From: Squalus acanthias
Taxonomy: Eukaryota
DNA: 64,000 bases
Assembly: GCA_030390025.1 (NCBI GenBank)
Contig: CM059433.1
Span: 32,490,001-32,554,000, forward strand
Direction: 5' to 3'
Numbering within the stretch: the first letter of the stretch is position 1; the number at the start of each line of letters is the position of its first letter. Position numbers and translations under genes: made by a program. Below the pieces are notes generated by a model, which was not told where the DNA came from, made no database searches, and saw nothing but the letters and a program-made list of their open reading frames with translations. Positions 51,901-64,000 of this stretch are shown here, one piece after another.

Positions 51901-52187
51901 GAGCCATCCTGAAATGTTCCATTGAGGGTCAGGCAGAGCACTCCACATCTTCAGTGGAAGTCGGTGCATGGAGTCTGTATATACTGCTCTAGGAAAATTG
52001 CTTCTAATCAGCGCCTGAGTGCTAAACCTGCAGGTATCCATTTTAGCTTCTCCAGGCACGTTTAAATCATGGAAATGATCAATTAGCCCCAAAATTGTGT
52101 GCTATAACCAGACTTTCAAACAGGCGTGTCTTATTAGCGCAGCACCCATTTAGCACCTGTTTTCACCCTTTGCCCAAAATAACCCTT
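48951..52187. mobile_element. Degenerate Harbinger (H4): transposase core deleted, Myb gene retained
   Basis: TIR-like GGGGGTGATTTT / AAAATAACCCTT. The plus strand at ~49430-49850 keeps only the N-terminus and acidic tail (HKEEEEDGDMEEEEE...LIEDCFS). A Myb gene lies on the minus strand. Confidence 0.75.
50099..51907 (-). pseudogene. Harbinger Myb/SANT-like gene (disrupted, 3 exons)
   Basis: ATG 51907 reads MARVSRERAHRFSDAVLQVL...EIAEEVTARSSVPRTWLLCRKKFNDL. Exon 2 reads GKIAHNRRQQDLTRGG. Exon 3 is coiled-coil. Confidence 0.8.
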
Positions 52188-52349
52188 TTCAACTCTTATT
52201 TTCCAAAGAGTATGTGGCCTCTTAATTCCTCCTACCACAATGCACCACCTCACACTTACCCATATTGAAATTAATTTGCCATTTATATGCCCATTCTGCA
52301 AGTTTGTTAACAGATGCTCAAGAAAGCGTAAGGAAGGTGGGTGTGGTGG

Positions 52350-53020
52350 TGGTGGTGGTGATGGCGGCACGGGAAGGGGATACAAAGTTGAAGGAGGCTG
52401 CAGGGGTAATTTGGCAAGGAGATGGAGAAGTTATTTTTAAGATCAGGATGAAGAGCTAAGTCATTGGGCTGGCCGGGAGCCAGTGCAGATCAGAAAAGGC
52501 AGGGCTGAGGGGCAAGTTTTGCATGACTTGGAGTTTATTAAAAGGTGGAGGTTAGGAGGCTGACCAGGAAAGCATTGGAGAAATTCAGTCTAGAGGCGAG
52601 GAAGGCACAGATAATAGATTTCAGCAGCAATGGAAATGAAGTTGAGGTGGAGACGATCAATATTGTTAAAGGAAAAGTCGCGGTCTTATGTGATCCATAG
52701 GATATAGGGTTTGAAACTCAGCACTGGGTTGAGCAGCACACCAAAGGTGCACACAGGTCACCTGGAAGTGGGTGGATGGAGTCATCCTCACGGTACGGAG
52801 TTTAATTTGTCAGTGGTGTTACTGATGCTTGTTTGGACGAAGTTTTCGCTCATCCACAATTTAAAGTTAAGACAGGCAGTCTGGCAGCACAGAGGTATTC
52901 CTGGGGTTGAGTGAAGTGGTAGAAAAGGTACATTTGGGTATCATCAGCATACATATGCAAGCTGACTACATGGTATCAGAGAGGCCTCATGCAAATGAGA
53001 AAGAGGAGAGGGCCAGGGAT
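52350..53020 (-). mobile_element. Old L2-like RT fragment
   Basis: The plus-strand GGTATCATCAGCATACAT reads MYADDT on the minus strand at ~52937-52954. Confidence 0.55.
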
Positions 53021-53444
53021 CTAAATTAAATTTTTGTATAAAAACCTAGAACAGTTTAATATTTTCCCAAACTACACCTAATAACAGTTTATTCACTAAT
53101 GAATGCCTTGAAGTCCAATTACGATAGTCTACAATATTTTAAGAAAAAGAGAGTTTTGTGGTTGGTAAATTATCCAAAGCAATATATTCAGGTAATCTGT
53201 GTACTGAAAGAACAGATTTTACAAATTAGCGCACTTGGCATAGAAGTTCATGCAATGGGGGCTTATATTGGAATTAGGACGGAGGTCAGCACACCCTGCA
53301 TGAACCTCAAATTCAAAATTTTCTGTTGCAATGCCAAAAGTGTGTGTAAACCACCATTATATTTGGGCAGCAATGGGTCTGCAGTAAACAGGAGCCATAC
53401 TCCAGGTCCTGACTGCCCAAGAAGATCTACTAGTAAATTTTAAC

Positions 53445-53855
53445 TACCAGGAAAGACTGAACAGGCTGGAGCTGTTTTCTCAAGGAGAAGACTTGATAGA
53501 GGTCTTCAAGATTATGGAAGTGTTCGATAGCGTAGACATAGAGAAGGTGGTTCCACTTGTCGGAGAGTTCAAAACCCAGGACCATAAATAGAAGATAGTC
53601 ACTAATAAATCCAATACGGAATTCAAGCGAGACTTCTTAACCCGAGAGTAGAACTTGCTACAACATGGAGTAGTTGAGGCGAATAGCATAGATGCCTTTT
53701 TAAGGGGAAGCTAGATAAACACATGAGGGAGAAAGATATAGAAGGATATGCAGATAGGGTTAGATGAAGTAGAGTAGGAGGAGGCTTGTATTGAGCATAA
53801 ACACTGGCATAGACTAATTGGGGTGAATGGATTGTTTGAGTCGTAAAGTCTATTT
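53445..53855 (+). mobile_element. CR1 3' fragment
   Basis: DLIEVFKI-like coding followed by the CR1 3' UTR. A further copy of the tail is at ~54320-54490. Confidence 0.7.
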
Positions 53856-55289
53856 AATTAATACATAGATTGTAGAGCTTCCTGGTGCCACTGTTACATG
53901 TCAAACAGTGCTCAAAGTTAAAGTTCACATTAGCATAATTCTACACACCATTTTGCTTCAAAACAATTATTGATGTTTGCGTATGTATTAAATCAAATTT
54001 TGCGACTTGCACCTTACTTATTTTAGCTATTAGAATGTGTTAGTAGTTGCTCATCCACTAAGTGAACCCGCATAGTATCTGACAAGCTTTTTTAGTGTGC
54101 ATCCAAGATATTTCTCTTGTAATCTTCGTAGAATTGACTGGATGCGAAAAATAACGAAAAATGTATTTTCATTATGTCTTTGCCATACATTTCATGATGC
54201 CAGCTCTAAAACACTGTGGCTGTACAATACTGACAACAGTACAGCATGTAGTATTACCAGAGTGGCAGTTACAGCATAATATTACAATAGCAATCCTGAT
54301 ACAAGAAAAGGGTTTCTTTCAATATGATGCATTTAAGGGGAAGCTAGATAGACACACGAGGGAGAAAGAAATAGAAGGTTAGGCTGAGTGAGTTAGATGA
54401 AGAGGAGTGGGAGGAGGTTTGTGTGGAGCATAAACACCGGCATAGACCAGTTGGGCTGAATGGTCTGTTTCTGTACTGTAAATTTTATGCAATATTTCAG
54501 GGACATAGTGGCCAAGACTTTCTGATTGAGTGCAAGCTTGTCCAGAAGTTGGGCAGTGTGGAATAGCATCTAACCAACCTTGAATGTCCTGACCCTATGT
54601 GCATTTTCTAGGGTCAACCTCGTCATAAGCATGGAAAACATCTTCCATTGTTGAGAAGGAAATTGAGTGTAGCTGTAGGATTTAATGACCTGCAGAAGTT
54701 TATATTGGCAGGCATGGTAATTTGTACATTTGGAGATTAGTAAGCTCCTTTGGAAAGAAGAACATCTTCAAGGAATGCAGAAGGGAAAACAATGCTCCTT
54801 TTTCCACATGGGGCCATTGAAATTCTCAGAATGTCAGGCAGAGGAAGGATGCCAAGTGCAATGGCCTCGAGGGAGAGGGAGAAGAGAATAGAAACATTTG
54901 AGGCTCTGTTTCCCTGCCAAAGCAAGGTTGTGCACTTCTATCTGAACGTGCAGTGTGTAGGTGCTGGACAACAGACAGAACAGCTCTGATGTGACCAGGC
55001 CTGCCAGGCAAGCCTCCACTGTTCCTCCAAAAGGAGATGGGGATTCCCATCGAGGAACCAATTTTTGCCACTCATTAAGCTGAAGATTTAGTAAAGACAC
55101 AGAACAATTACCACAGAGGCTCATGAATGTCCAAGTGGAAGAAACAAAATAAAGTCAATAAAATTAGTGTTGTAAACAGACTTAAAGCTGCTGAATGAAT
55201 CTTCGCTAGGCCCTTTAAATTACTTCTCTATACAATTTTCCACCTTGCACCACTGAATGACCATTATATATGGATATCATTATGCTCTG

Positions 55290-55900
55290 GTGCTGTGCCA
55301 ACATATTGGCCTGAAAATGATTTCACTCCAACATGACAGCTGCCTGGGAAGCCAGCATTGACTTGTATAATCCAGTGTTGATGGTCACAACCCAGCTGAA
55401 CATTCATAGTGAAATCATTTCCTATTCATGTAGGTAATGACATTGCCAGAACAAGCATATAGGGCCACATAGGCACAATCTACAAGCCCCGAGTCCATCA
55501 GCAATTCGGTCTCTATAAAATTTCACAGACTTCTCATGCTACTGGTGGTTACCCAGAGGGAACGGAAATAAAAAATGCTTGCTTAAGTCAACAAGGCATC
55601 AGTCACATGCTTTATATATCTACATAAAGCTGGTTGGCTTATGTACAGATGTTTCCCCCATTGGAATTAATATGAAGCATAAAAATGTGAAGGGTGGTTG
55701 TGACTTTGACAGTAACTGCCAATGCCATGCCTGCAGAGAACTTGAAGGCTACAAAGGTCCTATTTCTCTGACCAATTAAAGTCTCTACCTGTAGATTCTG
55801 GTGTGGGCATATCTGCAAGTGGGTGCAAAGTGCCTCTGTTGCAGCCCAACAGCTTTCGTTGGTCCTCTTTCTGTTCCAAAGAAAAACACGCAAGGGGAAA
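55290..55900 (-). pseudogene. Highly degenerate HARBI1-like transposase relic
   Basis: The minus strand encodes ALAVTVKVTTTLHIF and IQVNAGFPGSCH, matching the H1/H2 transposases. Confidence 0.65.
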
Positions 55901-56037
55901 TTCTCATTGCGTTGCAGTTGTGATGGTAGTTAAAGAATGGCAGTACTTAAGCAATTGCTCCAAAACCTCAATTGTCTAAAAGGAGGTGGGGGGGATGGGG
56001 CGGTCGTTGTATAGAGTGCAGAAATAAATTTTTTAAA

Positions 56038-57125
56038 GACTTGCATTTATATAGCGCCTTTCACAACCTCAAGATGTCCCAAAGCGCTTTAAGCCAATCA
56101 AGTACTTTTGAAGTAAAAATAGAAAATGCTGGAAATACTCAGCAGGTCAGGCAGCATCTGTGGAGAGAGAAAGAGAGTTAATGGGCTGGATTTTGTCTTG
56201 GGGTTGTGTTATCTGCATTTCGTGTTCCCCACCCGACTCCAGATTAATGTGGATGAATGATGCACTTTTCACTTAATTGGGCAATTGAGTTCCAGCATGT
56301 GGGAACCCATGAACTATTTAATGTTTTCAGTCTGAAAGTCGCCTCTGATGATATCATCATTGCTGACTGGTCTCAGAGATTGTTTGGCTGTTGGTGAGAG
56401 AGGAGCCTGGCTTTTGATGTGAGTGGACCTGGATGGGGGTGGCAGGCAGTGGGGGGGGAGAGAGACAGAGACAGAGACAGAGACAGAGACAGAGACAATG
56501 AGAGAGAGAGAGAGAGAGAGAGAATTTTTTGCATCCAAGTCCTCTCGTCTCTGAAGACATTCAATGCAGCAGCATCAGAGGCGACTTTCAGACCTAATAC
56601 TACTACTACCTTCATTACATCTCCGTTGTAATAGTGGACCTGTAGCTGATAGTCAGCTATCCACTTGTGCTCCTGCCAGGTTTCACTGGAGTGTTTCACA
56701 CCAGGCGTACTTCACGTCAGAAAAGGGTTAAACTAGCTAAAACGCTTCAAAATGGCATTACAGAGCCAATTTAGGGCTTGTTAAGGGCTTTAATGGCCTC
56801 TCCCGCCTCTTGGAGGCGGGACGGAGTTGGGAACGCCGCGACTGATTTTGTCAAAATTGCGTGGAGGCGGGATGGAGTCGGGATGGGGTCGGGATCCCCG
56901 ACCCCGCAAATTTAACCCCCCACCGCCTCCAAACCCGACGCCATGGGTCATTCAAAATCCAGCCCAATGTTTCAGGTCGGTGACCCTTCGTCAGAGCTGG
57001 TTTTGAATGTAGGAAATGCAGCGGCCAGTATGCTCACAGCATGCTCCCACAAATAGCAATGTGATAATACGAATAAATGTTGGCCAAGACACCGGGAATA
57101 ACTCCCCTGCTCTTCTTCAAAACAC
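56038..57125 (-). mobile_element. DeuSINE-like SINE split by nested inserts
   Basis: The tail at 56038-56115 and continuation at ~57005-57125 match 32378-32620. Confidence 0.65.
56183..56965 (+). mobile_element. Harbinger MITE family C
   Basis: TIRs GGGCTGGATTTTG / CAAAATCCAGCCC with AAT TSD and an internal (GAGACA)n/(GA)n microsatellite. Inverted homolog at 62215-62875. Confidence 0.9.
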
Positions 57126-57157
57126 AACACCCTGCATGTCACTTATGTTGACACCAA

Positions 57158-57841
57158 GGGCGCAAAATTGGGTCGCGCCCCCTTTGGGCCGCTAACTTCG
57201 CCTGGGTGCTACTTTTAGCGCCCCGAAAAAGTTAGCGCCCCCGCACCCAAAATTCACCAGTAGTGCCCCAAGAGGGAGGCAGGGTACTACTGGAAGTGCT
57301 CCGCCTCCCTCTTGGGGCACTGCGAGTGAATATCGCGGTGCTACGTGCAGCAGCACCATGCACTGCGGCACATCACGCTGCGGTACTGCAGGTCTTCCTC
57401 CCCTTATTAAAGGGGAGGGGCCTAGCGCAGCGCGACCCGGGACCCAGCTGGGCCACCAGGGATTGGAGTGTCGGCAAAAGAGCCCGGCACGCAAGAGAAG
57501 TGCCGGGCTCACGGAGCGCAGCCGGCACCCCGTTGGGGGGGGGGGCTGCACAGGAGGCCGGGGACAATGGGGGCAGGTGCTGGCAGGCGGCCAGCAACAA
57601 AAATGGCCGCCTGGCACCTCCCCTTTAATTTGCGCCACCCTGGCTGCAGGTAGGCCCCCTTGACCCTGTCGGGGACAGCGTTCGGCGGTAAGTCAGGGGG
57701 AGCTACTGAAGATCGCGGCCGGGGCACCACCACTAACCTCCCGCTGAATTTCGCAGGAGGCGTTAGTGGCACCGCGTCCGAGCGCTAGCTGCTTTGCTTA
57801 GGGCACTAATAGGAGGCGCAAATCAACCAAATTTTTCCCCC
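57158..57841 (+). mobile_element. Harbinger MITE family B
   Basis: CAA TSD; colinear with 36872-37593. Confidence 0.9.
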
Positions 57842-58173
57842 CAAGACTCACCATACCATTTCTTACTCTATATACTCATTATTTCCCAGGACTTAATTCC
57901 CTACTCCCTTCAGTTTTTTTCCTTCCTTCTACAAGCTTAGTGTCATCTGATCACTATTTCCTTGATTTACCTGGTCCTCTCCCCTCCTCCTTTCAACCTT
58001 GGTGATGCCCTGCATTAGGTTGTATGGCGCTCATTTAGGTTTCTAGATTTTTTTTTTAAAGCGTAGATCCCAAGATGATGAATATTGATGGCTATCAAAC
58101 CAACTAGTTTGCCAAACATATCCAAGAGGAATTTGATATGGAATGAGACAATAATAATCTCAGGAACAAATTT

Positions 58174-59015
58174 GGGTGGAATTTTCCCAGCCCTGGGGAT
58201 GCGGGTATGGAGGCGGGACTGCTGACAAAATGGCAGAAACTGGCAACAGGTACCGAACCCTTTCCCAACCCGCCTCCGTGCCATCTTCCCGGGAGGCGGG
58301 TCCCCGAGTCGCGCAGGGACCCATCACCGAGGCGGGAAGGGGATTACAGCCATTTAACTGCCTGTTAACAGGTAGTTAACAGGCAGTTAAGAGGATTAGC
58401 CCCATTTTACCCCTGCAAGTGTGGGCTCCCGACGGCTGTGAACTTCGCCAGGGTCAGCGAGGCGAGCAGTGGGTCTGTGGGGGAGAGAGGGATTGAAAAA
58501 TGCGCTGTGGAGGTGAGTGATGGGTGCAAGTGTGGAGAGGTAAGTATGAGAGATGAGTGTAAAGTGTGAGAATAAGTTTACTTACCTTTGTTTCTTCCTG
58601 CAGGCTTCAACCCTTGGGGATCCGGAGGTGTCTCATCTCAACGGCAGAGATGACAGAATGGCTGCTGCATTCTCAGATGCAGCAGCCATCTGATTTCTGC
58701 TGAGGAAAGAGTTTTGGTGAGTCTTCAGTACAAGGGCTCACCTTAGAACAGAGATTGTCAGTGTTTGACAGCTTCTCAAAGCTGTCAAACGATGACAATT
58801 CATCTGTCAAAAATTTTTGACAGATGAAGCATCATACGCTGACGTCCTCTGTCACCGGCTTTCCCTTAATTGGCCAGCTAAGCCCACAGGGCAGACTCAA
58901 CATGGTCAATCAAGGGAAAATAGCATGGGTTGGCCGGACGTCATTGGGGGCGGGACTAAAACTCGAAAACCAGCAGTCCCACCCTCAACGCGCCCCCATT
59001 GACAAAATCCAGCCC
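58174..59015 (-). mobile_element. Harbinger MITE family A (inverted)
   Basis: Reverse-complement homolog of 36026-36860 with termini GGGTGGAATTTT / AAAATCCAGCCC. No matching TSD is seen. Confidence 0.85.
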
Positions 59016-62000
59016 AAAGAGACAGAATTTTATAGCTATTCTGGAAATAATGTCCATTTTTGGAGATTTGGCATAATTTCTTTCCAAAATAATTGGAGCA
59101 CCACTGGTCAGTTTTTGGTGTCTCAGATGTAACAGAATTACCTGTCAAAGATAATCAATAGTTGTTTGAATAGCCTAATGCAAATGCCTCCAACTACTAA
59201 AAGACTGATGTATGCAGTATTTACTATAATCTAACAAAATAGATGAATTGTGGATCTAATGGCTTGTTGCAGGCTGAAAAAAACCCAAACCAATTTGAAT
59301 GGGTATGCATGCATTCCAAAAGAGGCAGGGAAAAGCACTTCAGCTCAACCATCCTGCACCCATCCTGAGATTGCTGCTTTACTTTTTTTTAATACTCCAC
59401 CTCTACATTACTTTGTACTCCAAGATGTAGGACAATTAAAGCAGATGGCTGAAAGTAAATTATGGATATGACAAATCTAATACTTGTGCGAAACTCAAAT
59501 CAGAGTTTCTGTAATTAGTAGTTGGATTAATATTTACTAAATATTGACCATGGGAAAATCCCAAATATTAACTTCAAGGAAAAGTAGAATCATACATCTG
59601 TGGTCAAAAGAAGTTTAATTTGAGTGGAGAAACACTCACCAATAAGCATACAGACTCCACTTCCTTATTACTTTCCTTGTTAAAGATTGATGTCTAGGAG
59701 ATCTGTTAAAGTACTTGCTTTTAAGTAGAGTTTAAAGATAAAAGTATCATATTGAGTTCTGCCTTTACTAAGGGGAAACATCAGGCAGGTGATCATATTA
59801 ACATGGATGATAGCATTCATGTTAAGTCACCATGGTCTCTCGAAGCCCTGTCAATGTTGAGCAGAAGGTATTTTGGTTTTTTAAATAGCTATGTTACAAG
59901 TTTGGGGTCTGCAGTATTTGGTCTCAGGTGCAGCAGGGGTCAATTTGACTGTAACAGTCATTGTATTATGGTCAGGAGTAAGTCCACACTGGTCAAGAAC
60001 TAATTATACAATAATATAAATCAGGAGTGTGATCAGAACTGATATTATGGGGTCGATTTTAACTTTCACTGTCGGGACGGTAAACTCGTCTTTGCGAATC
60101 AGCCACCCATTGCACACACCGCCCGATTCTAACTATGTCCCTGCTGGAAGCTACAACTTTTCTTGGCAACTGACCTTAATGAGTGGAGACTGTTGCACTG
60201 CCACAGTTTCTAAACCCATTTCTGATGGCCATCTCTATGACATTACTAAACATATCAAAACTGGCCTTTGTTGTGTCTTGGGCTGTGGATCTCAACATCT
60301 CAACCAGTATCTATGACAGCACTCTGGAGAGGAGATGCTCTAACTGTGCTCACTCCCTACAAGGCTGTGGTCTCTCCTTCAGGTGAAACAAATGCTTCAT
60401 GTTGCTCACTGGCTGCCTGCAGAGCACAAAACCTTGCTGCATGACACCACCCAACAGTGTACATCATGGTCTGCAATGAGACTCACACATTCCTGCTCCT
60501 GAAGTATCTTCCATTTCACCTCTGGGTTACTTGCACCATACAGAATTCATCTGGCACTCACACTACTGCCCGTGACATGCAGATCATCTTCTGCAAAGTG
60601 TGGGGTTTTCTGCCACCCCTCTTCTTCCACTCACACATTGTGAGCTCCACAACTGGAGTAATGCACAGAGCACCATTTATACCAGTTAAACAGCTATTCA
60701 GTTTGTTAAGAAGTATTTCTGCAAGTGCCTTCAGATGGGGCACTCAATTGTGCATTAGTTTCAACACACCAAAGCTTTTGAGAAAGCATATAGGATAAAG
60801 TTGCGCATTCTTGTGAGTGCATTCGCAAATATTGCCAAAACTAATTCAACTCCCATTTAACATGCTGTACACCAAGAGGAATTTCACCTCCCAGTTTGTG
60901 GTTTCAAAATGCACCATTAAATAAAGCAGTTGTTTACCCAACATCTACCATTACACTGCTGAAATTTGATTCAGAATAGACAAGACAAATGTATTTTGCA
61001 TTCTCACTGGGTCATTTATTGTTCAAAAAAAAGGAGTAGGCAATCATGGACATGAAGGGTTAAATCTTCCAAATCAAGCGAGGCTATGGCAAATAAAGCT
61101 GAATTTGCTCAATTTGGGTCACTTAATTTAGCACTGATCCCTACATTCTCTTGCCTTGATCCATCCACATGTCCGTTTGCCCTTTCTCAAATCAGACTCC
61201 TTTCACAAAGGATTGCCAATTACCACATTCATTGTTCAAAGTGCTGATTTATTCCTTTAACACCCCTAAGTAAAAAAAAAAGACCTTGCATCCTAATTAG
61301 CATTTAACTCAGTTTCCTAATCATAAAACCCTCTTCTATTTGTTCCTATTCCCAATGTGCCAGCATGAATTCTTGCTTGCCTCCACTTTATCCATTTCTT
61401 TCAAAATTTAAATATGTATTAACTCACCAAAAGGAACTTGCAGGACAGAAACAAGATTGCTTCTTTGAAATTTTTCAGCAATGTAATTATTGCAACAATG
61501 GCAATGGAATTCTCAACTGCCATAATATTGGTTACCAGTGAATTCATTGTGAAATTTCTGTCCTGTAAAATCTTTTTTTGAGAGACAATACCATTCTTTT
61601 AAAAACATTTAAGCTCATGTCTCCTCTTTACTTCTAAAGTAGGGAAGCATAATCTGAATGCCCTAAACCTCTCCTCATATCATATCAACCAGCAACCTGA
61701 AACCATCCGAGTCATTCTTAACATTCCTTCTAATTTAGGAAAGTGAATAAGATAAATGAATCCAGCTTCTAGAGCAATTTTAATCACTTTCAGCCCCCTT
61801 AAGGTACCAATATTAGTTTAAATGTTCTTCTATGAATTGCGATTAATCTTTAAACTGTAGGCAACTTCTGGAAATTCCAAGCTCCCTGGGCCAGCCATTG
61901 TTTCAACATTTTCAGATGATATATTCAAACACTATTATAATAATAAAGATTATTCAGATGCCAGGGGTACCTTCATTGCTATTTCCACCACCCCCCCTAT

Positions 62001-62214
62001 CTTTATTCCCCTTTTCTCAATTCATTTTTTGACTTCTAATTCATTATAAACTACTTACCTACATTTCTTGCCTCCTTCACTGCACTGTTTTTAAAATTGA
62101 CGCTGACTCACTTACCTTTTAAAAAAAAAGTTCCTGATTGGCAAAAAAAAGAGTTTCAGACATTTTATTGACACCCCCACTGCTGCCATGGCCAATCAGA
62201 AGAGTGAACACTAT

Positions 62215-62875
62215 GGGCTGGATTTTCATTGACCCGTGGAGGTGGGTTTGAAGATGTGTGGGGGGGTTAAAATTGTGAAAACTGGCGGGCGGGCGGGCAC
62301 AAGCCCGCCTCCATCCCGCCTCCACGCAATTTTCATTAAATCGTGTCTGCTGGTCCCGACTCCGTCCCGCCTCTAAGAGGCGGGATAGGCTGTTATGGCC
62401 CTTAACAAGCACTAAATTGCCTCTATAATGCCATTTTGAAAGGCCTTTGTGATTTTAACCCTTTTTCTACATGAAGCACGCCTGTTCTGAACCACGAATG
62501 TGAAACCTGGCGGGAGCACATTTGGCTGACAGGCAGGCAGGCTGGATGAATGGATGGATGACATATCTGGGAGTGGTGGTGCAAAAATATCTGGGAGCAG
62601 ACTTAGGGCTGCTGCTGCTCATTTTGCATCCAGGTCCTCTCACAGCAAAGGCCAGGCAGTCTTTGCAGACCTTCAATGCAGCAGCAATGATAACATCATC
62701 ACAGGCGACTTTCAGACTGAAAACACTAATTGGGTCATGGGTTCCCACATGCTGGAACTCAATTGCCCAATTAGGTGAAAATCGCATCAATCTCCCATAT
62801 CCAATTGCAGTCGGGTGGATAACATGAAAAGTGGATGACACGACCCCAACCCGCCCTATTATCAAAATCCAGTAC
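62215..62875 (-). mobile_element. Harbinger MITE family C (inverted)
   Basis: GGGCTGGATTTT / AAAATCCAGTAC, flanked by TAT on both sides. Confidence 0.88.
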
Positions 62876-62878
62876 TAT

Positions 62879-63718
62879 GGGGGTGATTTTGCCAATGGGG
62901 AGCTTTTGGAGGCGGGACTCCCACTTGTCGGGTTTCAGTCCCGCCTCCAACAACTTCTGGTCAACCCATGCTATTTTCCCTTGATTGACCTTGTTAAGCC
63001 CGCCCAGCGGGCTTAGCAGGCCAATTAAAGGAAAGCCGGTTGCAGAGAATGTCAACGTATGACGTTGCATCTGTCAAACATTTTTGACAGATAAGTTGTC
63101 ATAATTTGACAGCTCTGTGAAGCTGTCAAACAATGACATTCTCTGTAGTTTGATAAGGTCTTGAATTCAAGACCTCATCAACCATCTTTCTTTTGCAAAA
63201 ATGAGATGGTTGTTGCATTGGAGAATGCAACGGCCATCTGTCATCTCCAACGCGGAGGTGCGAGACTCTCCGCATACCCACCGACTGAAGCCTGCAGGAA
63301 GAAACAAAGGTAAGCACACTTTTACTAACACTTTGCACTTACCTCAGATACTCACCTCTCCACACTTGCACCCATCACTTACCTTCATAGCACACTTTTG
63401 CACCCCCCCCCCCCCGACCCCCGCAGACCCAGTACTTGCCTCGCTGACCTGGTGGGTTTCGGAGCCTTCGGGAAGCCCGCGCTTGTGAGGGCAAAAAGGG
63501 GATAATCCTATTTTCTGCCTGTTAACTACCTGTTAACAGGCAGTTAATAGGCTTTAATACCTTCCTGCCTCCAAGGAGATGAGACCCGGCACAGGACGGC
63601 TACCCGCCTCCTGGGAAGATGGCATGGAGGCGGGTTGGGCACCCGCCCCCAAATTCTGCCATTTTCCCAGCAGTCCCACCTCCATACCCGCCTCCCCAGG
63701 GCTGGCAAGGTCATGCCC
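62879..63718 (+). mobile_element. Harbinger MITE family A
   Basis: Colinear with 36026-36860 and flanked by TAT on both sides. Confidence 0.9.
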
Positions 63719-64000
63719 TATAACCGTGTTACACCATTGCAGCAACTAACATCCACAATTACCCCAACATCAGACTAACATTCAGGTGCCCAATTATATC
63801 ACCCATCAGTGCACAAGACTTTTTTAATTAAAGCTATAAGGAAACAAACAAGAAAAAAAACTAAATAAAGTGTTCCCTTTTTATAGGGGAACAACTAATA
63901 GAAAACTTCAATGAAAACAAAGGAAACTTATAACTTAAATAAAAATATTGGGGTAGAGTTTCTGCTTTGGGCGCGATTGGCAAATATGGGCGAAAATCGC

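Noticed and set aside
60048..60890. Possible further degenerate Harbinger (GGGGTCGATTTT start, faint Myb-like peptide on the minus strand)
   Set aside because: The right terminus and coding motifs are too decayed to support a call.

Overview
Eukaryotic, repeat-dominated DNA, most likely intronic or intergenic sequence of a cartilaginous fish. The species call is an inference from CR1/HER1-type LINE tails and DeuSINE- and HE1-like SINEs. No host protein-coding gene can be supported. The window contains: (1) a nested cluster of two-gene PIF/Harbinger transposons (HARBI1-type DDE transposase plus an intron-containing Myb/SANT gene) and about nine Harbinger MITEs with GGG...CCC termini, mostly with 3-bp TSDs; (2) a degraded endogenous retrovirus-like element on the minus strand (~18174-26002) with paired LTRs, a tRNA-Lys PBS, a coiled-coil gag-region ORF and no recognisable pol. 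Its broken env can be reconstructed by hand into an Ig-like domain followed by a furin site, a fusion-peptide-like segment and a heptad repeat, resembling the paramyxo/pneumovirus-F-like envelopes of lokiretroviruses; (3) three copies of a LINE family, two of which keep the 5' end and start with a tRNA-derived SINE-like head joined almost directly to an endonuclease-RT ORF with no ORF1; (4) many CR1, L2 and SINE fragments. Coordinates were read by eye; boundaries of old fragments are approximate.
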